Shown here piece by piece: positions 39,206 through 49,203 of a stretch of 64,000 bases of DNA. Origin of the DNA: Rickettsiales bacterium. Its GTDB lineage: Bacteria > Pseudomonadota > Alphaproteobacteria > Rickettsiales > UBA998. Position 1 is the first letter of the stretch, and each line of letters begins with the position of its first letter. Under the pieces are notes generated by a model that saw only the letters and a program-made list of their open reading frames with translations, was not told the origin of the DNA and searched no databases. The stretch is from the NCBI GenBank assembly GCA_036770365.1, contig DAIPJH010000006.1:64904-128903 (forward strand). The letters are read 5' to 3'. Made by a program: the position numbers and the translations under genes.

Positions 39206-39850
39206 ATGTTTACGCAATTATTAGATCATATCATCACATGGCTAGACGTTATCGGCGTGATGGCATTTGCCATCTCAGGTGCGCTAGAAGCTTCACGACG
39301 TCAAATGGATGTAGTCGGCTTCATTTTGATCGCCACGGTAACGGGGCTTGGTGGCGGGACAATACGCGATCTTGTGCTGGGCATCAGCCCTGTGACGTGG
39401 GTCAGCAATCCCATGCCATTAGTGCTGTGTGCAGGGGTTGCCCTTGTGATATTCTTTACCGCGCATATCGTAGAGTCACGATTTAAGGCTCTCATTTGGT
39501 GTGATGCGGTAGGACTCGCGATATGCTGCGTGATTGGCACAGAAAAAGCACTCGCCCACGGCGTATCAGGCGTAGTTGCCATCTTAATGGGGGTTATGAC
39601 AGCAACCTTTGGCGGGCTGGTACGCGATACCTTATGCAACGAAGTGCCTTTGATTCTTCGCAAAGAAATTTATGCCACTGCCGCTGCCGCGGGTTCATGC
39701 ATTTATGTCATACTTGCACAGCTCGCCACTCCTCGCCCTGTGATGGTTACGGCGGCATTTTTAACAGCGTTCCTCATCCGTGCCTTTGCGTTACGTTATC
39801 ATCTTTCTTTACCAAGCTATAAAAGCAGAGCGGGAAGAAAAATTGAATAG
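39206..39850 (+). CDS. UPF0126/YadS (trimeric intracellular cation channel family) membrane protein
   Basis: AFAISGA..GLGGGTIRD and TATFGGLVRD duplicated motifs. Confidence 0.9.
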   Translation: MFTQLLDHIITWLDVIGVMAFAISGALEASRRQMDVVGFILIATVTGLGGGTIRDLVLGISPVTWVSNPMPLVLCAGVALVIFFTAHIVESRFKALIWCDAVGLAICCVIGTEKALAHGVSGVVAILMGVMTATFGGLVRDTLCNEVPLILRKEIYATAAAAGSCIYVILAQLATPRPVMVTAAFLTAFLIRAFALRYHLSLPSYKSRAGRKIE

Positions 39851-39894
39851 AAGATTAAAGGCTTAAGCAGAACGTTAAAAGCTTAGACATAACA

Positions 39895-40755
39895 CTAACT
39901 ATTTAAACATTCGCGTACCGCAATGTTGTCAATCAAGCGTGTACCACCGAGCCGTGCCGCTACAAACACACGACTCTCATCAGTAAAATGATCTTGAAAA
40001 ATAAGATCATTACCATCGCGCACTTCAAGATAATCAACACTATCAAAGCCTGCTGACAATAATTTTTCTCGCCCAAGCTCCACCAGATATGGCACACCAT
40101 GTAACATGCGATTACGTCCAATCCACTGTAAGGTTTCATATAAGATAGGAGCAACACGACGCTGTTCTTCAGACAAATAACGATTGCGCGAGGATAATGC
40201 CAAGCCATCCCCTTCACGTACTGTTGCCACAGGCACAATTTCACCGCTTAAATGTAAATCTCTGTGAATATGGCGGATCACCTGCACCTGCTGGTAATCT
40301 TTTTCACCAAAATAACTATAATCAGGTCGAATGATATTCAGCAACATCGTCACCACCGTTGCCACGCCATCAAAATGCCCAACACGACTTGCACCACATA
40401 AACAATCCGTCACACCGCTCACACTAACCTTTGTTGCGTATCCTTGTGGATACATGTCATGCACATCAGGTAAGAATACAAGGTCGCCGCCATATTCTGC
40501 AATCAAATCATAATCACGATCAAAACTACGCGGATATTTTGCCAAATCCTCGTTTGCTCCAAACTGCATAGGATTCACAAATATACTGACCACTACCTTA
40601 TCACACTGCGCTCTCGCGCTGTCTATCAACGCCATATGCCCTGCGTGTAACGCGCCCATTGTCGGCACAAAACCAACCGTTGCCCCTTCAGCACGAAAAC
40701 CGGCAATCACCTGTTTGACTTCTGATGGGGTGCGTTCTATGAGGGGAGAAGACAT
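39895..40755 (-). CDS. panC: Pantoate--beta-alanine ligase
   Basis: FVPTMGALHAGH, SIFVNPMQF, HFDGVATVV, FGEKDYQQ, GLALSSRN and RLIDN motifs; start uncertain. Confidence 0.96.
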   Translation of the reverse strand: MSSPLIERTPSEVKQVIAGFRAEGATVGFVPTMGALHAGHMALIDSARAQCDKVVVSIFVNPMQFGANEDLAKYPRSFDRDYDLIAEYGGDLVFLPDVHDMYPQGYATKVSVSGVTDCLCGASRVGHFDGVATVVTMLLNIIRPDYSYFGEKDYQQVQVIRHIHRDLHLSGEIVPVATVREGDGLALSSRNRYLSEEQRRVAPILYETLQWIGRNRMLHGVPYLVELGREKLLSAGFDSVDYLEVRDGNDLIFQDHFTDESRVFVAARLGGTRLIDNIAVRECLNS

Positions 40756-40828
40756 AAAGAAAACCTTCACTTTTTAAGCGTAGAATCACCGAGTTTATTT
40801 TATAAAGCTGACATATACATGAAATACC

Positions 40829-41965
40829 ATGCCTGACAATCCCATATCACGTTATACCCGCCTTGTAGAACAATGCGAAATCAGACAAGATGCCATGCAA
40901 CGTGAAATGGTGCTGCATCTACAACGTCTCTTTGACCTCGTGACCGAACCGCATTTCTTTATTCCTCCTTCTGCGGGCGCGAAATTACTCTCAGGGTTAT
41001 TTTCTCGCCATAAAAATTCAACCAACAACAAACGCCCTTATGGCATGTATATTTGGGGTGATGTTGGACGCGGTAAGTCTATGATTATGGATGTATTTTA
41101 CCACGCGCTTCCCTTTGCTATACCCAAGAAAAAACGCCTACATTTCCTACAATTCATGCTGGATGTGCATGGACGCATCCACACGCATCGTAAAGAAAAA
41201 CGTGATGGTGACCCTATTTTAGCCGTCGCAAAGGAAATTGCGTCAGAGTGTCATATTCTATGTTTTGATGAATTTCAGGTGCATGATATCACCGACGCCA
41301 TGATCTTATCACGACTTTTCACGGCATTATTCAATGCAGGCATGGTGGTGGTTTTCACCTCAAATCGCCCACCAGAATCATTATATTTAAATGGCTTACA
41401 ACGTGAGCGATTTGTGCCATTCATCCACTTGTTGCGCGAACGCATGGAAATATATGAGCTTGCATCCCAACAAGATTACCGCTTGGGACGCCTCCATGCA
41501 CTTTCGAAAACATACAATGTGGTGCAAGGTCAGCCCTCCCAGACCTTTTTAGACGAAGTATTTGCAACCTTATCTCAACACACGCCACCCAATACATTGG
41601 ACATTCCTGTTAGTGGACGGGTCTTACATGTCAGTGCGATGTGTCGAGATATTGCACGGTTCACCTTTGAAGAACTCTGCGCCCGCCCACTAGGCGCACT
41701 CGACTATATGGCACTCACCGCCCTTTTCACTACATTTATCATCAGTGATATTCCACAGCTTACACCTGAGAAACGCAATGAAGCCAAACGCTTTGTCACC
41801 CTCATTGATGTTCTCTACGAAGCTCATGCGACCTTGATCTGCACCGCTGCCACATCACCACAAGAACTTTACCCGCATGGTGACGGTAGTTTTGAGTTTG
41901 AACGCACCGTATCACGACTGATGGAAATGCAGTCTGAGGATTGGTTGGAATCTCCGTCATCCTGA
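40829..41965 (+). CDS. zapE: AFG1/ZapE family ATPase
   Basis: YIWGDVGRGKS, CFDEFQVHDITDAMIL, TSNRPP..LY.NGLQRERF and FERTVSRLMEM motifs. Confidence 0.93.
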   Translation: MPDNPISRYTRLVEQCEIRQDAMQREMVLHLQRLFDLVTEPHFFIPPSAGAKLLSGLFSRHKNSTNNKRPYGMYIWGDVGRGKSMIMDVFYHALPFAIPKKKRLHFLQFMLDVHGRIHTHRKEKRDGDPILAVAKEIASECHILCFDEFQVHDITDAMILSRLFTALFNAGMVVVFTSNRPPESLYLNGLQRERFVPFIHLLRERMEIYELASQQDYRLGRLHALSKTYNVVQGQPSQTFLDEVFATLSQHTPPNTLDIPVSGRVLHVSAMCRDIARFTFEELCARPLGALDYMALTALFTTFIISDIPQLTPEKRNEAKRFVTLIDVLYEAHATLICTAATSPQELYPHGDGSFEFERTVSRLMEMQSEDWLESPSS

Positions 41966-41984
41966 ACGTAGTGAAGGATCTCCC
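41956..41984 (+). repeat. REP-like element (single arm)
   Basis: GTCATCCTGAACGTAGTGAAGGATCTCCC, same family as 20430; contains the zapE stop codon. Confidence 0.7.
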
Positions 41985-42107
41985 TCAGTAAGGCATGGGC
42001 GCATAGACTCGTCATCTCATTTTAATTAAAGAAAAAGTTGCTTCATCATAAAAGGTTAATGATTTGCGTGTAATAATAAGACATAAATACATAGTTGGAA
42101 ATAATTT

Positions 42108-43040
42108 ATGGCTGGTTCACCTGAATATAGACGTGCGAATGGCGATCGTTACACATTAATACGTGACACCACCTCAACACCAATGATGCTCGAATCAAAA
42201 TACAATGAAATAGCATCAGGCATTCGCACGGCAATAGGCAAATCTCCGAGTGTTGCAACACTATTAGACAATTACGAAGCCGCATCAAAACGCCCCAACT
42301 TTAATCCTAGTGAATATGTAAAACAAAACCCCGCCCTATCAACATTATTAAAAGATACAGGCGCAACACTTGAAAATCTAGCTGATGTACGTGCAGACAC
42401 AAAAAAACCTGATTCACTTCGTCAAGGGACGAAGTTTGCTGTTCAAACATCAAATGGAATACCAAGTCGTCCCGATAGAATAGTTCATACAGCTACGCCT
42501 GAGAAACCCAACGTACCTGCGATGCGAGTTCCAGCAAAGGTACTCAGCGTTGCACCTGTTGCGCTTCAAGCACTTGCAAGTGTAGCAGGCTTTGGCGCAG
42601 ACATGAGAGAAGTTTCACACGATTTTGAAGCTATTAATGCTGGACGAAAAGAACAGCTTCCTCAAGAAGCACTTGAAGCATATAAAGACTATGCCATCAA
42701 AGCGCGCATGGAAGAAAAAATGAGCATGAGCATGATGCATGGTATGGGGACACAAGCTCTTATTGAACTTGGAAAGAAATATAATATCCCCCCTGAAGAA
42801 CTTGCAAAAATGCAAGTCACCGACAAAAAACTAACAGCTGATGAACTATCTTCTCGTATGAATAATGGTGCGATTGTGGCAAGCGCAGATACTCCACCTG
42901 TAACTTCTCACAACGCGCATTTAGAGCAAGCTGCCAATGCTCGTCCACAGACACATATGCAGGTTGCTCATGTTGAAACGCAATCAAGACCGAATGCTCC
43001 TGCACCAAGCCCTTCTGAACAAGGCGTTTCTTTAGCATAA
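42108..43040 (+). CDS. Hypothetical protein
   Basis: 310-aa ORF; central hydrophobic segment VLSVAPVALQALASVAGFG; disordered tail. Confidence 0.75.
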   Translation: MAGSPEYRRANGDRYTLIRDTTSTPMMLESKYNEIASGIRTAIGKSPSVATLLDNYEAASKRPNFNPSEYVKQNPALSTLLKDTGATLENLADVRADTKKPDSLRQGTKFAVQTSNGIPSRPDRIVHTATPEKPNVPAMRVPAKVLSVAPVALQALASVAGFGADMREVSHDFEAINAGRKEQLPQEALEAYKDYAIKARMEEKMSMSMMHGMGTQALIELGKKYNIPPEELAKMQVTDKKLTADELSSRMNNGAIVASADTPPVTSHNAHLEQAANARPQTHMQVAHVETQSRPNAPAPSPSEQGVSLA

Positions 43041-43103
43041 ACTTCCCCTTGCCTCTTGGCTTTCTCATCTCTAAACTGCGCCGCATAAAAAGCGAGTGCT
43101 ATC

Positions 43104-44027
43104 ATGCAAATTATTCTCTGTGAACCGCGTGGATTTTGCGCTGGGGTAGAACGTGCGATTGAGATCGTAGAACGTGCCTTAAAAAAATACGGCGCACCGA
43201 TTTACGTGCGCCATGAAATTGTTCATAATCAATGGGTAGTAAATGACCTCAAGAGTCGAGGAGTGATTTTTGTTGATCATGTGATGGATATTCCTGATGG
43301 CGCATGGACGGTCTTTAGCGCACACGGCATATCAGAAGCTGTAGAGATGAGCGCAAAAGCAAGAAATCTTCCTATCATTGACGCGACCTGCCCGCTGGTG
43401 ACCAAAGTGCATAACGAAGCACAACGCTATGAACGCGAGGACTTGCAAATCATTTTAATTGGTCATGCGGGACACCCTGAAGTCGAAGGCACAAGCGGAC
43501 GCGTTAAACAAGAAGTGCTGCTCGTCTCTCAGGTTGAAGATGTCGCCACACTCAACGTCAAAGACCCTGATAAATTAGCCTATGTTACACAAACCACACT
43601 CAGCGTGGATGATACACGTGTCATTATCGCTGCGCTTAAAGCACGCTTTCCTGCCATTACAGGGCCTGATGTCCGTGATATCTGTTATGCCACCCAAAAC
43701 CGCCAGAACGCCGTGAAGGATTTAGCTGGAAAAGTGGATTTATTATTAGTAGTTGGCGCAACCAACAGCTCCAATTCGTCTCGATTACGTGATTTAGGGG
43801 ACGAACTTGGTATAGAATCATATCTGATTGCTGATGCTTCACAGTTGCAATCTTCATGGTTAGAGCGTAAAAGCGCGGTAGGTATCACTGCGGGCGCATC
43901 TGCACCTGAACATTTAGTGGAAGATGTGGTTGCACAATTACAAACTTGGCATGATTGCACTATCACAACGCATATCGCTGCACGTGAGAATGTGCATTTT
44001 AAATTGCCTGAACAAGTGAGGGACTAA
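43104..44027 (+). CDS. ispH: 4-hydroxy-3-methylbut-2-enyl diphosphate reductase
   Basis: PRGFCAGVERAI, FSAHG, DATCPLVTKVH, ICYATQNRQ and GITAGASAPE motifs. Confidence 0.97.
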   Translation: MQIILCEPRGFCAGVERAIEIVERALKKYGAPIYVRHEIVHNQWVVNDLKSRGVIFVDHVMDIPDGAWTVFSAHGISEAVEMSAKARNLPIIDATCPLVTKVHNEAQRYEREDLQIILIGHAGHPEVEGTSGRVKQEVLLVSQVEDVATLNVKDPDKLAYVTQTTLSVDDTRVIIAALKARFPAITGPDVRDICYATQNRQNAVKDLAGKVDLLLVVGATNSSNSSRLRDLGDELGIESYLIADASQLQSSWLERKSAVGITAGASAPEHLVEDVVAQLQTWHDCTITTHIAARENVHFKLPEQVRD

Positions 44028-44100
44028 ATTCCTTCTCCAATCTAGGGAGGATAGGGAGTTTTAGCTTCGCTAAAACAAGTATGAAATAAAAAGGAATACC

Positions 44101-45045
44101 ATGAATCTAGCATCCACAAAAAAAGAGGGTGAACTTAGTTGGTTTGCAAAGCTCAAGGCTGGACTTTCTAAAACGTCGAACCAAATCTCTGATGGCATCA
44201 CCAGTATTTTTACCAAGCGTAAACTGGATGCGGGCATGGTCGAAGAGTTAGAAGAATTATTGATTCTCTCCGACATGGGTGCGACGACGGCGGCAAAAAT
44301 TGTTACAGGTTTTAGCAAAGGTCGTTTTGATAAAGAATTATCCCCTGAAGATGTAAAAACTGCACTGGCGGCTGAGATCACCCCCCTACTCGCCCCCTAT
44401 GCGCAGGAAATGGTGCTAGACACCAAAGCCGCACCACATGTTATCTTAGTTGTTGGTGTTAACGGTAATGGCAAAACCACCACTATGGGAAAAATGGCAT
44501 ACCGCCTCCGCGAAGATGGATTTTCAGTCATGATGGCAGCAGCGGATACCTTCCGCGCAGCAGCAACAGAACAATTGGTCATTTGGGGACAACGCAGCGG
44601 CGTTCCTGTTATCACAGCAGCAGACGGTGCGGACGCGGCTAGCGTAGCATTTCGCGCTTACGAAGAAGCAAAGGCAAAAGGCGTAGATGTCTTATTGATT
44701 GACACCGCAGGGCGACTCAACAACAAAGATAACTTAATGAAAGAACTAGAGAAAATAGCTCGCGTCCTTAAAAAACTAGACGCAAACGCCCCGCATACAG
44801 TTTTGCAGATTTTAGATGGCACAACAGGACAAAATGCCCTCGCGCAAGTGGAAGCATTCAAATCTATTGTCAACGTCTCTGGACTGGTCGTGACCAAACT
44901 TGATGGCACAGCCAAAGGCGGCATTGTTGTGGCTCTTGCTGAAAAATTCAAACTCCCAATCTATGCCATTGGCGTCGGCGAAGGTATCCATGATCTACGC
45001 GAATTCAGCGCAGAAGATTTCGCAAAATCACTGGTGGGATGTTGA
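44101..45045 (+). CDS. ftsY: Signal recognition particle receptor FtsY
   Basis: GVNGNGKTTT, DTFRAAA, DTAGR and TKLDGTAKGG motifs. Confidence 0.97.
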   Translation: MNLASTKKEGELSWFAKLKAGLSKTSNQISDGITSIFTKRKLDAGMVEELEELLILSDMGATTAAKIVTGFSKGRFDKELSPEDVKTALAAEITPLLAPYAQEMVLDTKAAPHVILVVGVNGNGKTTTMGKMAYRLREDGFSVMMAAADTFRAAATEQLVIWGQRSGVPVITAADGADAASVAFRAYEEAKAKGVDVLLIDTAGRLNNKDNLMKELEKIARVLKKLDANAPHTVLQILDGTTGQNALAQVEAFKSIVNVSGLVVTKLDGTAKGGIVVALAEKFKLPIYAIGVGEGIHDLREFSAEDFAKSLVGC

Positions 45046-45114
45046 AGTATACAGCCGCTCCACCTGAAACAAGACGTTTTTAGAGTGGAGTATGATGATA
45101 TCTATAGTATACAT

Positions 45115-45140
45115 GCCATTCCCGCGAAAGAGGGATCTAG
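45115..45140 (+). repeat. Degenerate palindromic repeat of the GTCATTCCCGCGAAAGCGGGAATC class
   Basis: GCCATTCCCGCGAAAGAGGGATCTAG in the ftsY-ABC intergenic region. Confidence 0.45.
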
Positions 45141-45201
45141 GAAGGATAGTTCCAACTACCAGCTTTCGCTGGTATGAAAGACGAAAAGTGAAAGAAAAAC
45201 A

Positions 45202-47001
45202 ATGCGCATATCTGGTGAAACAAAGATACCTTCTGAATCAGAAGAAAAACCCAAAGGTAACATCAAAAGCTTGAGATTACTGGGGAATTATCTGCGTCCT
45301 TATCGCCTGCAAATCACAGGTGCGATTATTGCACTATTTTTTACCTCTGGCGCGGTACTTGGCATGGGTACGGGAGTCCGTCATCTTGTAAATGAGGGTT
45401 TAAGCAAAGGCAATTCTGAGCTTCTCAATCAATCATTCTATGTGATTTACGGTGTGATTTTTGTGCTAGCACTAGCGACCTACGCACGTTATTCCTTGGT
45501 GTCATGGGTAGGTGAAAAGGTGGTTGCGGACATTCGTAACGACATCTACCAAAACATCGTGCGCCTCCATACTGGTTATTTTGAAACCACCCGCACAGGC
45601 GAGCTAATGTCACGCCTGACTACCGACACAACCTTACTACAAACAGTAGTCGGCAGCTCGGTTTCTATCGCACTCCGCAATGGATTGATGTTAATAGGAG
45701 GGCTTATCATGCTGATGTGGACAAGCCCACGCCTGACCCTCTTTGTCTTATTGATGGTTCCTGTCGTTGTTGCACCCATTATCATCATGGGGCGCAAAGT
45801 TCGCGCACTCTCACGAGCATCTCAGGATAAAATTGCGGACATAAGCTCTCATGCAGGTGAGACGATCTCTTCCATTCATACCATCCAAGCTCTCTCTCTC
45901 GAAGAACGAGAAAGCCAGCGTTTTGCTGGCTATGTACACGATGCACTCACCACGGCCATAACGCGTATTCGTATTCGCGCCGTACTGACCGCCATCGTCA
46001 TCACCTTGGTGCTTGGGGCGATCATGGGAGTGTTATGGACAGGTGGTGAGGATGTCATACAAGGTAAACTCAGTGCTGGAGAACTCACCTCGTTCGTATT
46101 CTATGCCATGGTTGTCGCAGGCTCGACAGGCGCACTCAGTGAGATCATGGGCGATCTTCAACGCGCCGCAGGTGCGGCTGAACGCCTGATGGAACTCCGT
46201 TCACTTGTCTCTGAGATCACCCCCCCCGAACACCCACAAGCACTACCAGAAAAACTACGTGGTGAGATACATTTTGATCACGTCACCTTTTTTTACCCTT
46301 CTCGCCCTAAAGACAAAGCCTTGTACGACCTTGATCTACATATCAATGCAGGAGAAAAAATCGCACTTGTAGGCCCTTCTGGCGCAGGAAAAAGCACTAT
46401 TTTTCACCTTTTGCTACGCTTTTATGACCCACAGTCAGGTGCGATCTCGCTGGATGGGATAAACCTCAAAGACCTTGACCCACAGGCTTTCCGTCGCCAT
46501 ATTGGGCTTGTCCCTCAAGACCCCGTCATCTTTTCAACCAATGCATGGGAAAATATTCGTTACGGTCGTCCACAAGCAAGTAATGAAGAGGTCTTAATGG
46601 CAGCAAAGCAAGCTGAAGCATTAGAGTTTTTAGAAACATTACCACAAGGACTAAACAGTTATCTTGGCGAGCGTGGCGTACGCCTCTCTGGCGGACAAAA
46701 ACAACGTATCGCCATTGCACGTGCTATCGTACGCAACCCTGATATCTTACTGCTTGATGAAGCGACCTCTGCACTTGATTCTGAGAATGAACGCCGCGTA
46801 CAGTCTGCGCTAGATACATTGATGCAAGGACGTACAGCTCTCATTATTGCCCATCGTTTAGCCACTGTGCAGCATGTTGATCGCATTCTTGTAATGAACG
46901 AAGGACGTATTGTGGCGAGTGGCACACATGACGAACTCATTAAATCATCACCACTTTATGCCAATCTCGCACACTTACAATTTAGTGTAGCGGCAGCGTA
47001 A
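45202..47001 (+). CDS. MsbA-like ABC exporter (TMD-NBD fusion)
   Basis: 6-TM domain; GPSGAGKS, LSGGQKQRIAIARA, LLDEATSALD and IAHRL motifs. Confidence 0.93.
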   Translation: MRISGETKIPSESEEKPKGNIKSLRLLGNYLRPYRLQITGAIIALFFTSGAVLGMGTGVRHLVNEGLSKGNSELLNQSFYVIYGVIFVLALATYARYSLVSWVGEKVVADIRNDIYQNIVRLHTGYFETTRTGELMSRLTTDTTLLQTVVGSSVSIALRNGLMLIGGLIMLMWTSPRLTLFVLLMVPVVVAPIIIMGRKVRALSRASQDKIADISSHAGETISSIHTIQALSLEERESQRFAGYVHDALTTAITRIRIRAVLTAIVITLVLGAIMGVLWTGGEDVIQGKLSAGELTSFVFYAMVVAGSTGALSEIMGDLQRAAGAAERLMELRSLVSEITPPEHPQALPEKLRGEIHFDHVTFFYPSRPKDKALYDLDLHINAGEKIALVGPSGAGKSTIFHLLLRFYDPQSGAISLDGINLKDLDPQAFRRHIGLVPQDPVIFSTNAWENIRYGRPQASNEEVLMAAKQAEALEFLETLPQGLNSYLGERGVRLSGGQKQRIAIARAIVRNPDILLLDEATSALDSENERRVQSALDTLMQGRTALIIAHRLATVQHVDRILVMNEGRIVASGTHDELIKSSPLYANLAHLQFSVAAA

Positions 47002-47098
47002 AGAGTCGACGATTTAAAAGGTAACTTTCAATCTCTACTATACATTTACTATTATTTGTTTTATTTTGCAGCCGCACAATAACTTATAGGGTTTGACC

Positions 47099-49171
47099 AT
47101 GACCGAGACCGCCGAACAAACAACTGAAAAAAAAGAAGCATCATGCTCAACATCGACATGCTGCTATAAACGCCCAATTCCACTTGCATTGCTTGGCACT
47201 GCCGTTGTGCTGGTTGCTGGATACAGCATGCTCTGGTTTAAGCAAGCAGGTCAGCTCAAGGCGGAAGTTGAAAAAACGATTGCGGGATGGAACGATAGTG
47301 CCGTCACAGGTCTTGCTAAAGAAGATTTCTTATTTAGCTATGAAAGCCTCTCAACCACTGGATTTCCTTCAGAGGTTGCGGTACGCATCAACAAACCAAA
47401 ACTCCATTATACAGGCAAAGCCTTTAAGACCGCGGTAGATGCATGGGCTGCTAAAGCACAAGCTCAAACACAAACCGATGGCACGCAAGCAGCACCACTC
47501 CCGACGGCACTTACTAACTTTCCACTTTTACCAAACTGGGTTGAAGATGTTGAAAGCGCAGGCTCTATCTATCTTGGCGGCAACTATTTTTCCCGCACCC
47601 TACGCGTAAAACTTGAAGGTAACACCAGTGGGACGTCAAGCTTTGGCGAACAAAAACTTCCTTGGGCAACCAAAACAGACGGTGGACTTGCATGCGAAGT
47701 GAAATTGACCAGTGCTGCGGGCTTATTTCTTCTAAAAGGCAACTTGCTTACAACGGCAAGCGACACCAAAGAAGCGGCTAAATATATAGAACACGCGGCG
47801 TGTGGCACAAACCCTTATGAATTGATCGCCAGTGATACACAAGAATCCCTACTCTCTTCTGCAGGTACAAAATTTGGGGTGTATAATAACCCTGAAAAAG
47901 ACGACAGCATTATGAATGTTGATTTAGTAGTGAATGTCAAAGATTCTGAATTTGGCAAACGCTTTAATGATTATTATCGCTCTCTTAGCGAAGCATTTGC
48001 TGCTGCTAGCCCCGAAGCCGCATTCTACAGTGTCAAGCAAGCGAGTATGCTAGGCAAACAAAACATCGACATCAACATTCACTATCGCGCACCTAAAGTA
48101 ATGGACCAAAGCGCGGTGGGTGACGCTGATATCGTCTTCAAAAGCTTCAAAATCAACAATGGTGCGATGAGCTTTGATTGGCCATTGAACATACATTTCT
48201 CACATGGCAAAGAAAATTCTTCCTTTTCAATTGATGGGGATATGCGTCTCAAATTCACCAAAGAGTATGATGATGCGTTGGCAGAAGGCATTAAAGGTTT
48301 GCCAAGCTTGATGCAGGGCAAATCTGCGCCGCTTGCACAATCACTTGCAACAGCTGAAAAAAATGCGGGTGGGCGTGAAAAACTAGAAGCTGCACTAGCT
48401 AACCTTGCACCGCGCATGAGCGAACTTGGCACAATTCGCCTGACGACCAAAGCCGAATTCAAAGGTGCAAACCCACGCGAAGGCATTGCTCCAACAGGTT
48501 CACTCAAAGCAGATGTTATTCAATTCATGACCGATAAATACGGCATTCAGCTCAGCGGTAACGCGGTGTTGGATACGGTCAAGGTCGATCTTTCATTACG
48601 TTGTGTGAACTGCGATAGCATGGTGGATGACACAATTGGTTATCTCGTTGCAGCACAAGACGTGCTGGCATGGGCAGATCCAAGCCTCAAAAGCCACATG
48701 CTTGATAGCAGCACCCCATCTAAACTGAAAAAGTTCATTGCTGCTGTCAGTACTACAGATGACAAAGAGCCTACCACTCGCGTCGTAACCATCAAGGATA
48801 ATGGACAAGGTGATGTACGTATCTCAGGTAAAGGCATGCTAGAAGTGATGATGCAATGGATGCAAGCTTTCCTTCCTAATGGTGGGCCGGCAGCAGACAT
48901 GCAAAAACAAATGATGATGCATCCGCCGGTAGAAAACAGTGAAGCACCAGCAGGATATAAAGATGATGAAACTCACATTGATCCTATGACAGGTCAACCT
49001 GTCATTGTACCAGAAGGAAAAGAAACTGCTCCAGCTTCTTCTAAAGCCGAGCAGCCTTCTACCGAAGCAACTCCTGAAGGTGAAGCGGAAGCTCCTGATA
49101 TGTCTCAGGCACAACCTACCGCAAAAGAGATTGAATCAGAAGCACAAGAAGCATTTGATAAAAAACAATAA
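47099..49171 (+). CDS. Hypothetical membrane-anchored periplasmic protein
   Basis: N-terminal TM segment (IPLALLGTAVVLVAGYSMLW); acidic disordered C-terminus; about 690 aa. Confidence 0.75.
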   Translation: MTETAEQTTEKKEASCSTSTCCYKRPIPLALLGTAVVLVAGYSMLWFKQAGQLKAEVEKTIAGWNDSAVTGLAKEDFLFSYESLSTTGFPSEVAVRINKPKLHYTGKAFKTAVDAWAAKAQAQTQTDGTQAAPLPTALTNFPLLPNWVEDVESAGSIYLGGNYFSRTLRVKLEGNTSGTSSFGEQKLPWATKTDGGLACEVKLTSAAGLFLLKGNLLTTASDTKEAAKYIEHAACGTNPYELIASDTQESLLSSAGTKFGVYNNPEKDDSIMNVDLVVNVKDSEFGKRFNDYYRSLSEAFAAASPEAAFYSVKQASMLGKQNIDINIHYRAPKVMDQSAVGDADIVFKSFKINNGAMSFDWPLNIHFSHGKENSSFSIDGDMRLKFTKEYDDALAEGIKGLPSLMQGKSAPLAQSLATAEKNAGGREKLEAALANLAPRMSELGTIRLTTKAEFKGANPREGIAPTGSLKADVIQFMTDKYGIQLSGNAVLDTVKVDLSLRCVNCDSMVDDTIGYLVAAQDVLAWADPSLKSHMLDSSTPSKLKKFIAAVSTTDDKEPTTRVVTIKDNGQGDVRISGKGMLEVMMQWMQAFLPNGGPAADMQKQMMMHPPVENSEAPAGYKDDETHIDPMTGQPVIVPEGKETAPASSKAEQPSTEATPEGEAEAPDMSQAQPTAKEIESEAQEAFDKKQ

Positions 49172-49203
49172 CATTCAATAAAGACGACAAAGATAATAAG
49201 GGG

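Noticed and set aside
42010-42076. Pho-like box before orphan 42108
   Set aside because: Both candidate pairs (CGTCAT/TTTAAT and CATCAT/GTTAAT) are too degenerate and lack a correctly spaced -10.
45202-47001. ABC transporter as the RTX (type I) exporter
   Set aside because: MsbA-like, no C39 domain, and no adjacent HlyD or TolC gene.
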